From NCBI GenBank assembly GCA_044360315.1, contig JBIKKO010000003.1, positions 1,301 to 65,300 on the forward strand: 64,000 bases of DNA, in the 5' to 3' direction. The DNA is from Oligoflexales bacterium. GTDB taxonomy: Bacteria > Bdellovibrionota_B > Oligoflexia > Oligoflexales > RGVZ01. A program made the position numbers and the translations under genes. The notes under the pieces were generated by a model. It saw only the letters and a list, made by a program, of their open reading frames with translations. It was not told the DNA's origin and did not search any database. Positions 10,039 to 18,550 of this stretch are shown in pieces (within the stretch, counting starts at the first letter, position 1; each line of letters begins with the position of its first letter).

Positions 10039-11880
10039 ATGCAACGATTGTTAGTTGGTGGGGTTGCATTGAAAACAATTTCTGATCAGTTTTATGCAGG
10101 TCGATTTTCTGAAATTGTCGCCCAGTATATCGAGGGTTCTGGTTCTCTGAACTACTCAGCAGCGGATGCTGTTTATATTGTTGGCGCACTCAGTTTTTTA
10201 TCGCGCGCAGTGGAAGCTGAATCGATCCTGATTCGTCATCGTCCTGCCATGACTGACAGTGAGCGTTTTGAAGCAACCTATTATCTTGTGTTGAATTTAC
10301 GTAGGCAACGAGTTCTTGCGTCCATGGCGAAGGCTCGGCTACTGTTGATCGAGATGGCAAAGGATCTACGCCGACTTGGTGTGGCGGATGATCGGATGCA
10401 GTTTTTTCTGTGTATGGGCTTTGGGTTTTACCGCTATGTTGACGGTCGATTTGCAATCTCGTTGCGTTGGACACAGCGAGCCTACGAGCACGCATTTCGA
10501 GCCAACTTTCCATTTGGTCGTTTGGTTTCCTATGACATGATTGGGCATAATCAGCTGATGGTGGGGCAAATCCGTGCAGGATTAAAAAACTTAAATTCCG
10601 CAGCACAGATTGGCGAGTCTTTAGGACAGGGTGCTATCCGTCAGGCTGTTGATGTGGCATCGCGGTTATATCGATCGACGTATGGACTAGGATTGGCTCG
10701 GGATCTGATGGCTGATTTAAAAAGCGCCATAAAGGCCTGTGCCTTTGAGAATAGCTACACCATGGCCAACCTCCATCTTGAGCTTGCGCGCTTGATGATT
10801 TTGGCTGGAGACGGCCATCTCGTTGAGGGTACCCTGGCAGAGGCAAGTGAGTGGGTGTACCGGTTGGATATTCCATTTATGGATGCGAGTTTATCGTTTC
10901 GATACGCACACCTTGCGTTTCTTCAAGGAGATCACCGCAAGGCCCTTGAGATTGTCCGCACCGCAAAGATCCGTGCTCAGGATGGTCATTCCTCAAGCCT
11001 CATGGTTGGTATCTTAGGTCTTGAACTCAGGCTGCTACATCGTCTCGGTATGTCGGTAGAGGCTCAGTCTATGGAATCGGCGATCCGTGACTTAGGGCAA
11101 CGCTCTGGACAGATGATCTCTCGACGTATCAATGAGAGGTTGGGACTCAAGCCGCAAAGTCCTTTGCAACGTGGTGAGGATTTACTTGGTGATTTGATCG
11201 ATGACATCCACTTAAAGGCCCATGACATTCGATCCCGAGTTTTGAAGTCTGGGTTTTTGGGGTTGGTTCCTGAAATGGCGGAAGTGTCGTTGTTTGGTGA
11301 AGCCTTGATTTTTGGCTTTGATGGTGACTCTGTTACGATTGTATCGCGAGGCCAGGTTCGTCATGACCGTGATGGTTGGCCTGAGCTTGTCAGGAAGCTT
11401 TTTTTCGCGTTCAAGGATTCGCGTCGTTTGACGAAAGAAGAGATGACCGAGCGGGTCTGGCGGCAAAACTATAGTCCGCTTAGGCATGATCCCCTAATTT
11501 ACGCTTTGATTGCGCGGACACGAAAGACCCTTGAAGGGTGCGAGGATTGGCTTACTGTAATTGATGGCACCTATCGTTTAAGGGAGACTGTCGAAATCAA
11601 AGATGTAAGCGTTTTAACCAGGGTTACAGTTCCGTCCACAAATGAAGCTCTGCTGCAGACGAATAGTGTTTTACCGGATGATCTTAGTTACAGACAATCG
11701 AAAATTCTGGAGATTTGTGCCACAAAAGGTGTAATTTCCAATAAGGACATATGTGAGGCGTTCCAGGTGTCAGAGGTCACGGCAGGCCGTGATCTGTCTG
11801 ATTTAGTCGCGAAAGGTTATATAACCAGGGTTGGTAAGGGGCGCGCCACAACCTACATGAAGGTTCAAGGAAAACTCTGA
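10039..11880 (+). CDS. transcriptional regulator with helical N-terminal region, OmpR/PhoB-type winged helix and C-terminal DeoR-like wHTH
   Basis: The ORF track starts at 9892, but that stretch contains the terminator above, so ATG 10039 (MQRLLVGG...) is more plausible. ...LTKEEMTERVWRQNYSPLRHDPLIYALIARTRKTLE..TVIDGTYRL resembles trans_reg_C. LSYRQSKILEICATKGVISNKDICEAFQVSEVTAGRDLSDLVAKGYITRVGKGRATTY is a typical wHTH. Confidence 0.6.
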   Translation: MQRLLVGGVALKTISDQFYAGRFSEIVAQYIEGSGSLNYSAADAVYIVGALSFLSRAVEAESILIRHRPAMTDSERFEATYYLVLNLRRQRVLASMAKARLLLIEMAKDLRRLGVADDRMQFFLCMGFGFYRYVDGRFAISLRWTQRAYEHAFRANFPFGRLVSYDMIGHNQLMVGQIRAGLKNLNSAAQIGESLGQGAIRQAVDVASRLYRSTYGLGLARDLMADLKSAIKACAFENSYTMANLHLELARLMILAGDGHLVEGTLAEASEWVYRLDIPFMDASLSFRYAHLAFLQGDHRKALEIVRTAKIRAQDGHSSSLMVGILGLELRLLHRLGMSVEAQSMESAIRDLGQRSGQMISRRINERLGLKPQSPLQRGEDLLGDLIDDIHLKAHDIRSRVLKSGFLGLVPEMAEVSLFGEALIFGFDGDSVTIVSRGQVRHDRDGWPELVRKLFFAFKDSRRLTKEEMTERVWRQNYSPLRHDPLIYALIARTRKTLEGCEDWLTVIDGTYRLRETVEIKDVSVLTRVTVPSTNEALLQTNSVLPDDLSYRQSKILEICATKGVISNKDICEAFQVSEVTAGRDLSDLVAKGYITRVGKGRATTYMKVQGKL

Positions 11881-11963
11881 TAGGGATATGACGATTTTTC
11901 TGGTTGGTCGAACCTGTCAAAAAACCTCGATGAGTTCGTGGACCCCTGACTCATCGTAGGCCC

Positions 11964-11979
11964 CCCCGCTTGCGCGGGG
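11964..11979. terminator. GC hairpin between convergent genes (weak terminator candidate)
   Basis: CCCCGC-ttgc-GCGGGG; no clear U-tract on either strand. Confidence 0.25.
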
Positions 11980-11997
11980 ATCAAGGCTCTTAACGTG

Positions 11998-12576
11998 CTA
12001 GTCGCGGTGGACGTGAACGATACCTATCGGTTCGTGTGACAAGGCAACTTGGGCTTGCTTGATTAGGCTTACCTGCTCGGCAGAGAGATCTGTTCTTGTC
12101 TGTAGGTAGCGATCGGCGGATGCGGTGTTTAATTCAAAAATACCGTCGTCCCCCTCTTTGTTTTTGCCATAGGTAATTTTGCACGCAAAATTACGCTCGT
12201 CTCCAGTGCAATCAGCCGAAGCCATAGGGGTGTTGTCACCAGCATATTCCTTGGTAGCAAGCTTCCAGGATCCTTCCTGGAACGTTCCGTTCATAGAGAA
12301 ACTCTTTGGACTAGTGCCATCAAGTTCTCGTGGCAAACGGTAGCGAAATGTTGCCTCTTCGCCGTTGGATTTAATATTAAATCTTGCGTGTCGGAGGCTT
12401 ACATAAACTGGTTCAGAAAGGTGCTGACCAGCAGGGACTTCGTAGAACATCTCTCCTTGGTTTACCGGATTACTGTCATCTTCCCGGGCGACTAGGGGGA
12501 GAGCCAGGAGGCAGGGCCCTAACAAAGCGACTGTCAAGGCACATCGGGTTGATGATCCGCTTTTAAACTGTTTCAT
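11998..12576 (-). CDS. hypothetical secreted protein
   Basis: 192 aa with a signal-like N-terminus (CALTVALLGPCLLALPLVA). No family recognised. Confidence 0.6.
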   Translation of the reverse strand: MKQFKSGSSTRCALTVALLGPCLLALPLVAREDDSNPVNQGEMFYEVPAGQHLSEPVYVSLRHARFNIKSNGEEATFRYRLPRELDGTSPKSFSMNGTFQEGSWKLATKEYAGDNTPMASADCTGDERNFACKITYGKNKEGDDGIFELNTASADRYLQTRTDLSAEQVSLIKQAQVALSHEPIGIVHVHRD

Positions 12577-12643
12577 GGCGCACTCCTTTGATTAATTAAA
12601 CATTAGTGTTATAACAAAACAAAAATCTAATTAAAACTATTAA

Positions 12644-13627
12644 TTACCATGTCATTGTGGCGCCGGCGGATTGTGAGCGGCTCTGCTTTGTTTCAATACA
12701 AAGACGCGCAATCCAAAAGGTAAACACATAACCGCCCGAAATTAAATAAACATGTAGAGTTTGGGCGAGTTGCACGCCTAGCACTTCAAGAAATCCACTT
12801 ACTCCAATAAGGGACCAGATTTGCCAAGGAGTAAGCGGTAGGACGCCGCCTAGGTGGGCGTGAGCAAGCAGGACCCCTCCAAAAGCAGTTAGTCCTGATG
12901 TGATCACCCAATGTGGCCCAAGCACTGCAAAACACAAAGCACTTGGTAGCAGAGCAGAGGCTGCAATAAACGCCGCATTTCGGCGTGCAAAGACCATCAC
13001 CGTTAGGAATATGGCAACTGCGGTTTTCCAATCATTTGAAAAAAAGATCTGGCCAAAACCCATCAAACTGCCAAACAGCGCTTGAGTCCATTCTTGTTCA
13101 AACGGGGACGCGGCTAAGGTGGACGGGATAAACGTCCAGGCAGTTGAAGCTTGAGTTAAAAGTTGGAAGGACCAAAACGTTAGGCAGTAGGGAAAGACGA
13201 TTGGTGGCAAGTCCCATGTCTTTAGGAATCGATCGACTGCAATGACAAAGATCACGCCTAGCCCGGCAAATAATCCTATGGCTAGCAGCGTCTGCGATGA
13301 GGGTCCAAGGACTGTAGCAAGTGCAAGTCCTAGGAACATGCCATTGAGTGCAAATAGACGTGTTTGCCGTAGTGGTTTATTTTGGGAAAACTTACGACTG
13401 ATCAGCTCAGCCGAGAGTGCTCCGAAAGATCCGAATAGAAAGATCTTAGGGCTTAAAATCAAAAGGACGCAAGCAAGAACTCGGCCCATGGTTTGGTTTG
13501 GCGAAAAAAACGTATCCGCCAACGCAAGCGTTAGAGTCCGTTCGGCAGATTGTAGTGTCCTCCAAAGACCCAGCAGCATATCTTGGAGGGTTGAAGTGTG
13601 TTCAGCGGTTTTTACAGCATGTGCCAT
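12644..13627 (-). CDS. urea-transporter (UT) family channel-like membrane protein
   Basis: The ORF track starts at TTG 13657; ATG 13627 overlaps the upstream stop by 16 nt. About 10 TM helices with a two-fold internal repeat (FFSPNQTMGRVLACVLL / QIFFSNDWKTAVAIFL; LFALNGMFLGLALAT / LTAFGGVLLAHAHLG). LPPIVFPYCLTFW resembles the UT LPxxTxPFVLxTW motif. Motifs recalled from memory. Confidence 0.5.
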   Translation of the reverse strand: MAHAVKTAEHTSTLQDMLLGLWRTLQSAERTLTLALADTFFSPNQTMGRVLACVLLILSPKIFLFGSFGALSAELISRKFSQNKPLRQTRLFALNGMFLGLALATVLGPSSQTLLAIGLFAGLGVIFVIAVDRFLKTWDLPPIVFPYCLTFWSFQLLTQASTAWTFIPSTLAASPFEQEWTQALFGSLMGFGQIFFSNDWKTAVAIFLTVMVFARRNAAFIAASALLPSALCFAVLGPHWVITSGLTAFGGVLLAHAHLGGVLPLTPWQIWSLIGVSGFLEVLGVQLAQTLHVYLISGGYVFTFWIARLCIETKQSRSQSAGATMTW

Positions 13628-14241
13628 TGATCTAATCCTATTCTGATGTTTCCCCAAGTGAGCATGCGATTTGAACGGATGTTGACGCCGATGACGTTAT
13701 TGATACCCCGTTCTAGGTATGGCTCAATCCAAACCCCTTCTGTAGGGTCAAACAGCCTTACGTGATCCGTCGCTAAATCAACCATGGCCGAGACTTCGTG
13801 GTACACATATTGATCCTCAATCCATGGGAGGCGTCCCCTGACTTTATTCCACTTGACCCGCCATTGCTCGGTCATCGATTTCGGTTGATCTAAAATGACT
13901 TGAGCCGGGAAAACCTCGAAGTCGTTGCGATTGTTTCTTGCAATCTGATGCTCAAAGATCTCGAGGGAAAAGGCAGCAAACACGCCGCAATCGATACTCT
14001 GTAACTGCACAGCATCACACCAGCCAAGCGGCCATTGCACTGGTCCCCATTTGTAGTGGCGTTTAAGCCAAAGAGGTGCTTGGATCCTTTGCTGTTCGGT
14101 CCGTGAAAATATCATCGACCTGTGCATGTTGTGTAACCACTGTCTGGCAAGGTCGCAACACGTTCCGTGATGTGTGAGGGTTGAATGCCGTATCCCAACA
14201 AAGTTACATTGAGGGGCTGACACGGCCATAGCCAAATGCAT
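13612..14241 (-). CDS. transglutaminase-core-like Cys/His/Asp protein (putative thiol amidase/transferase)
   Basis: ATG 14241 is preceded by AAGGAG with 8-nt spacing, located inside the last 38 nt of the upstream gene. IDCGVFAAFSLEIF ... YVYHEVSAMV ... LFDPTEGVW matches the order and spacing of the transglutaminase-like catalytic Cys, His and Asp. Confidence 0.5.
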   Translation of the reverse strand: MHLAMAVSAPQCNFVGIRHSTLTHHGTCCDLARQWLHNMHRSMIFSRTEQQRIQAPLWLKRHYKWGPVQWPLGWCDAVQLQSIDCGVFAAFSLEIFEHQIARNNRNDFEVFPAQVILDQPKSMTEQWRVKWNKVRGRLPWIEDQYVYHEVSAMVDLATDHVRLFDPTEGVWIEPYLERGINNVIGVNIRSNRMLTWGNIRIGLDQWHML

Positions 14242-16450
14242 AACTCATACTCCTTTCATAAGCGCCCGCATCTGCGATGACAAGGCGATCTCCGATAGTT
14301 AGTGATTCGGGAAAATTGACTGAATCTGCTAAGATGTCGTCTTCCATGCAGATTCGTCCGAGCATGCGCGATTGGCCGGGACCCAGTGCGATTAGCTCTC
14401 CATTTTTTATGACGAACATGCGATGCGGATAGACCCTGGCAAGCGGTAATTCTGAAATGCAGGTATCAACCACGACGTCTTGAATGTGGCCGCGTTTCTT
14501 GCGGATATCTTGGACGCTCGTAATCATAATCGCAGTGTTTTGAGAAAGTGCGCGACCGGGTTCGATCACTACATGCTCAAGTGTAGGGATTTCGCGATGT
14601 AGAAACTCTAATATCGCTTTCCACTCAAACTTCTTTAAATCGCGCGGATGATAACCACCACCGAGATCCAGGATCGAAATGCTTCGTTGAGATTGCAGTG
14701 CTATAGTTTGAACCCAATGCACGGCGCTTTGGACGGCATCTTCCCAGTGACCGTTGCCAATGAGGTTTGATGCTAAGTGAATATGGAAGCCTAGTTTTAT
14801 GTCTTTTGGCATCTGCTCAATTAAGGTGACAAGCCTGCGTATATCGGCAAATGTGTCTAGCTCAGCGCCGAAGCGGGAATTGAATCCGGGGATCTTTAAA
14901 CGAAATCCCCAGGTTTTATCCCGACGCCCAGAAGCAAGCAGACGCGCGAACTCATCAGCAGAATCACAGAACACGGCCTTGAGCCCGGGATGGTGAACCA
15001 TGCTTCTTGGCCACCATTTCGCCGGCCCGTTTAAAATAATTTGTTCTGGCATCCAGCCCGTTGCAAGGGCTTTCTCCACCTCCGCCATGCTGATCGCTTC
15101 CGCGCTTAACCCGCGTTGAAATGCGGCATCAAGATACTCCTGCTCTGGGCTCGTTTTGATGCTGTAGGCAACGAGTAGCTTTGTCTGGTTACTCTTCAGT
15201 GTCATGAGTTCACTAGCATCTTTGAAGTTGTCGTCTATCAAACTGGAAATTGTGAGACGCTTAGGGGTTTGTTCGACGTGGGCAAGGGAGGCCTGCCACG
15301 CATTTTTTTCAGTTTTGTCTATCTCGAGTGACCGTGGCGACACTGCGGGCGTGTTGTCAGGATTTTCTTGGTCAATCAGCTTTTTCTCGAGCGTACCATA
15401 CGAAGCGCCGTATTTTCCTGTCATTCCGATGTCACCGTGGATCGGCTGCTGGACCTGCGGCAGAGACAAGGCCTTTAAAACGGGTATCTCCGTGACAACT
15501 CGCGTAAACTCGTTGGTAAGAGGTTTGACCGAGCCTCTTGGTTTGATGCCGTGACTGGCCTCGACAAGCATGGCCGGAAGGTTAAAGCCAGCAATCGTTG
15601 ACCCGTGAATCCATGCGGGGAATCGTGGGTTGAACTCCATGAGCCAGTATTGATCAGACTCATCGCGAATGAGCTCTAATTCTCCACCTCCTGTCCAGTT
15701 GATTGTCTTTAGTACGTCAGCTAGTAGACCATATTGAGCATCTGAGAGTGGGCGGACTTTCCCTGACCATGTCTTGCCTTCAGGCGTGATCACGCGTTTT
15801 TGCATGTGTACGGCACCGCATAGTTTTCCTTGGAATGCGGCAAAGCAGATCGACTCTTCAACCCCTCGAATATGCTGTTGATATGACACCTGGCGAAGCT
15901 TTCCGTCGGGGTTAAAACTATCTCTTGCGCGAGTTAGGTCGCGCCAGCTTGCAGCAAACTTTGCGCCATGGAATGCTCCCTTTACCCAAACTCGCCATGA
16001 CTGGTCACGGCAAAAGTCAAACAGTTCTTGATCATCACCTTGATCAAGATAGATCTTAGGGCGCTTAAATGGAAGAAGTTCGCCAATGCGGATAAATGGT
16101 TTCTCAGCGTATGACAAAGCGTTCTGATCTGGCATAAGAAAGTTAGCACTGGGTTTGATTTTCTTTGTGAGCCAGCTGATCTCAATGTCTAGAGCTGAGA
16201 TTAACTGATGGTCTTGGGCGTATTTTTTCAATGTGTCAACGTGATTGTCGAGATCGAGGATATCCCATGATGGAAAGACGAGGCGTTCGGATAAACAGTC
16301 GTCGTGAAGACCTGATGATCCGCTCCAATAGTCCATGCCGATGATTTTGGCAGAGGACCATGCAGCGCGCAAGGACTTGGCAATGCCCAGTCCTGCCGAT
16401 GGGCTAGGTCCACTGTAGAAACCTGAAATCAAAAACTTTAAATCACTCAT
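14204..16450 (-). CDS. bifunctional ATP-grasp ligase / fold-III PLP-dependent (Orn/DAP/Arg-type) decarboxylase fusion
   Basis: 748 aa. The N-terminal ~320 aa carry ATP-grasp hallmarks (WRVWVKGAFHG, QQHIRGVEESICF, GGGELELIRDESDQYWLMEFNPRFPAW). The C-terminal ~400 aa carry decarboxylase hallmarks (AYSIKTSP with the PLP Lys, HIHLASN, ILDLGGGYHP, EPGRALS, GRICMEDDIL, AGAYERSMSYAFG). AGAGGAG RBS upstream of ATG 16450. Confidence 0.8.
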   Translation of the reverse strand: MSDLKFLISGFYSGPSPSAGLGIAKSLRAAWSSAKIIGMDYWSGSSGLHDDCLSERLVFPSWDILDLDNHVDTLKKYAQDHQLISALDIEISWLTKKIKPSANFLMPDQNALSYAEKPFIRIGELLPFKRPKIYLDQGDDQELFDFCRDQSWRVWVKGAFHGAKFAASWRDLTRARDSFNPDGKLRQVSYQQHIRGVEESICFAAFQGKLCGAVHMQKRVITPEGKTWSGKVRPLSDAQYGLLADVLKTINWTGGGELELIRDESDQYWLMEFNPRFPAWIHGSTIAGFNLPAMLVEASHGIKPRGSVKPLTNEFTRVVTEIPVLKALSLPQVQQPIHGDIGMTGKYGASYGTLEKKLIDQENPDNTPAVSPRSLEIDKTEKNAWQASLAHVEQTPKRLTISSLIDDNFKDASELMTLKSNQTKLLVAYSIKTSPEQEYLDAAFQRGLSAEAISMAEVEKALATGWMPEQIILNGPAKWWPRSMVHHPGLKAVFCDSADEFARLLASGRRDKTWGFRLKIPGFNSRFGAELDTFADIRRLVTLIEQMPKDIKLGFHIHLASNLIGNGHWEDAVQSAVHWVQTIALQSQRSISILDLGGGYHPRDLKKFEWKAILEFLHREIPTLEHVVIEPGRALSQNTAIMITSVQDIRKKRGHIQDVVVDTCISELPLARVYPHRMFVIKNGELIALGPGQSRMLGRICMEDDILADSVNFPESLTIGDRLVIADAGAYERSMSYAFGYGRVSPSM

Positions 16451-16584
16451 GTTGATTGTTCTCCTCTAAGTGTCAGCCTCATCACGTGAATCATAATGAC
16501 GGATAGTCTTGGTGATTGGCTACCCAAGTGGTATGAAGAAAATGAAGGGATTTGTGAGGGGAAACCGGAGGCGTAGCTAAATAT

Positions 16585-17013
16585 ATGAAATCATTTAAAT
16601 TTAAGCCAGTTCTTCAGGAACACGCCATGGGCTGCGGGTTGGCTTGTGTTGCGTATCTTGCCAAGAGGTCATATCGCGCCGCATTGGCGTCAGTGGAAAA
16701 ACCTGAAAGGGCTTGGACCCGCGGCTTTTACTGTCCCGAGTTGGTGGCATTATTGCAGTCCTTTGGATTGAAGTATGGTTGGAAGGCTAAGCGGGGTCGC
16801 GCAGCAGGATTTGTTGAGGGCGACATTTTGATCGGAAGTATCGTATTTTTAGGGCCATGCAAAGAGTACCCTCAAGGTCACTTCATGGTGAAGGTGGGTT
16901 CTGGTTTGTACATGAACCCTTGGCTTAATTTTCCCTCGATCCGGGCGGCAAAGGCTGGGTTTACACGGCGGATGATTGGCTCTATTACCCACGTGATTTT
17001 TCCACTGGAGTGA
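16585..17013 (+). CDS. stand-alone peptidase C39-like (papain-fold) domain protein
   Basis: 142 aa. Q-x5-GCGLACVAYLA (oxyanion Gln plus catalytic Cys) and the downstream GHFMVKV His motif, as in bacteriocin-processing C39 / BtrH_N-like domains. Confidence 0.6.
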   Translation: MKSFKFKPVLQEHAMGCGLACVAYLAKRSYRAALASVEKPERAWTRGFYCPELVALLQSFGLKYGWKAKRGRAAGFVEGDILIGSIVFLGPCKEYPQGHFMVKVGSGLYMNPWLNFPSIRAAKAGFTRRMIGSITHVIFPLE

Positions 17014-17180
17014 CAGCTAGGGCCAAGGTATGTCCCTATGCCTGGGTGAGAGAGTATTCTTATCCGTTCAAATCCCTTCAAACGTTTAGGGCAATGTTAG
17101 TCGTTGATCTCGCGAGTATTCGCTATGTTGGTATTGCGGGCGAATCATTGTCCGCAAAAACCATGAATAGGAGTTTATAT

Positions 17181-17753
17181 ATGCGACTAAGAGTGAAGTC
17201 AGTGACAATGGCCTCGATGATGATGGGTTTGTATGCGGTAAGTAGCTGCGGAGCGGATTCCGCGAAAGGAATACTCGGAGGCAAGAGCTCATCAGCACTC
17301 CAAGCTGAAGGCGGCCGCGAGCGTGAATACGAAAATGAAAGAGAGCAAGAGAACGAGCAAGAGAACGAGCAAGAGAACGAGCAAGAGAACGAGCAAGAGA
17401 ACGAGCAAGAGCAAGAGAACGAGCGAGAAGGTCGTGAGGATCAGGGTCGCCGCGATGATGATCGCGCCTCGTCCGGTCGCATTCAATCACCCGGCGATCA
17501 ATCGGCTCAGATTGGCGCCTCCGTTGAATTCACGATTCAGAAGACGCGTTCTCGCGACGACGATGTATACACATTCTCAGCGACCGGTTTGCCGGCCGGC
17601 CTAACTATCGAGGCTGCGACTGGTAAAGTTTCTGGCGTTGTCTCTGCTGCAGCTGGGGCCTATGCGGTCGAGGTTAAGGCAACTAAGCCAAGCAGCCGGG
17701 GAACTCATGTCGATACGTATGTCGTCAAATTTTCTTTCGTGATCACGCCGTAA
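17181..17753 (+). CDS. lipoprotein with acidic (ENEQ)n tract and C-terminal putative Ig-like domain
   Basis: The ORF track starts at 17010. AGGAG (17169-17173) lies 7 nt before ATG 17181, giving MRLRVKSVTMASMMMGLYAVSSC|G (lipobox). Next come the EQEN repeats, then FSATGLPAGLTIEAATGKVSGVV, typical of the putative-Ig (He_PIG-like) domain. Confidence 0.65.
   Translation: MRLRVKSVTMASMMMGLYAVSSCGADSAKGILGGKSSSALQAEGGREREYENEREQENEQENEQENEQENEQENEQEQENEREGREDQGRRDDDRASSGRIQSPGDQSAQIGASVEFTIQKTRSRDDDVYTFSATGLPAGLTIEAATGKVSGVVSAAAGAYAVEVKATKPSSRGTHVDTYVVKFSFVITP
17343..17420 (+). repeat. in-frame 12-bp tandem repeat GAGCAAGAGAAC (5 perfect units plus one unit with a 6-bp internal duplication)
   Basis: Read directly: units at 17343, 17355, 17367, 17379 and 17391, then GAGCAAGAGCAAGAGAAC at 17403-17420. 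It encodes (EQEN)n. Confidence 0.95.
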
Positions 17754-17813
17754 CATTCGCTGGTCATGTGTGCTCAGACGTGTTTTTTTGGGGCGCTATA
17801 GCGTCGCCTCTTT

Positions 17814-17847
17814 GGGAGCGGGTTGTGAGACCCGCTCCCGAGTTTTT
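17814..17847 (+). terminator. rho-independent terminator after the lipoprotein gene
   Basis: Perfect 10-bp stem GGGAGCGGGT-tgtgag-ACCCGCTCCC followed by gag-TTTTT. Confidence 0.75.
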
Positions 17848-17905
17848 ATCATCCATACTGCGCAGTCATCTCGTATCGAGAGGGCTCAGCGGCAATTCCT
17901 GGTCA

Positions 17906-18349
17906 CTACTTTAAGCAACCTGCTTTTCTGAACTCCGATTCGATATTGATTTTTTGGTCAGAACACACTAACCCGTAACGCCACATGTCATGCTTTCCAA
18001 AGTCTTGCTCAGACCACAAAACTTCGAGCGGTATCTGGCGCTCTCCAATATGTAAAATGGCCTTGCTGCCTACGGCAATCTGTGTGTCGCATACGATACC
18101 AAGCCCATGGGCACTGACATCGAGAGGCTTTGCATCCACGTCCTTCTGGTCAACGACAAACCTGCCGGGCATCAACCCCGTCAAGCGTTTACGATCACTG
18201 ATGCGTCGTTCTTTAAGTTTTAGCTGATAACCTGGCATTGTGATGTCCCTCCCTAAACCCGTCATCAGAGTCGAGCAACCTTGTCGTCCCCAATCAAGGA
18301 GAGATTCGGCAGTCGCGACTTGGAGCTGAGGAAGGTTTTTTTTGGTCAT
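17906..18349 (-). CDS. PilZ-domain c-di-GMP-binding protein
   Basis: 147 aa with RRISDR (RxxxR) followed by LDVSAHGLG (DxSxxG). Confidence 0.75.
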   Translation of the reverse strand: MTKKNLPQLQVATAESLLDWGRQGCSTLMTGLGRDITMPGYQLKLKERRISDRKRLTGLMPGRFVVDQKDVDAKPLDVSAHGLGIVCDTQIAVGSKAILHIGERQIPLEVLWSEQDFGKHDMWRYGLVCSDQKINIESEFRKAGCLK

Positions 18350-18550
18350 AGAAACAGATAGTTACGGGGGTAATTACGTTCACGAGTTCCGACCTCAGAT
18401 CGTTGCGCTCCTCTCTGGCAACGATTCCCGTTCAAGACTGCAGCAGACTTTTAAGGTTTGCTGACAGTTTGATCTTGCAGGGCATGATTTTAGGCAGTAT
18501 CTCCAATGGCATGTGCTTCGGTTTGGTTAGATCATTGGCGGGGTGTTCGC

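Noticed and set aside
17010-17180. N-terminal 57 codons of the ORF-track call for the (ENEQ)n lipoprotein.
   Set aside because: ATG 17181 has an AGGAG RBS at ideal spacing and yields a textbook lipoprotein signal peptide. The upstream extension overlaps the C39-like gene and has no signal-like features.
17343-17420. Considered whether the only tandem repeat in the window could be a CRISPR or other non-coding array.
   Set aside because: The units are contiguous with no spacers, are only 12 bp long and are in frame within a coding sequence. No cas genes are present anywhere in the window.
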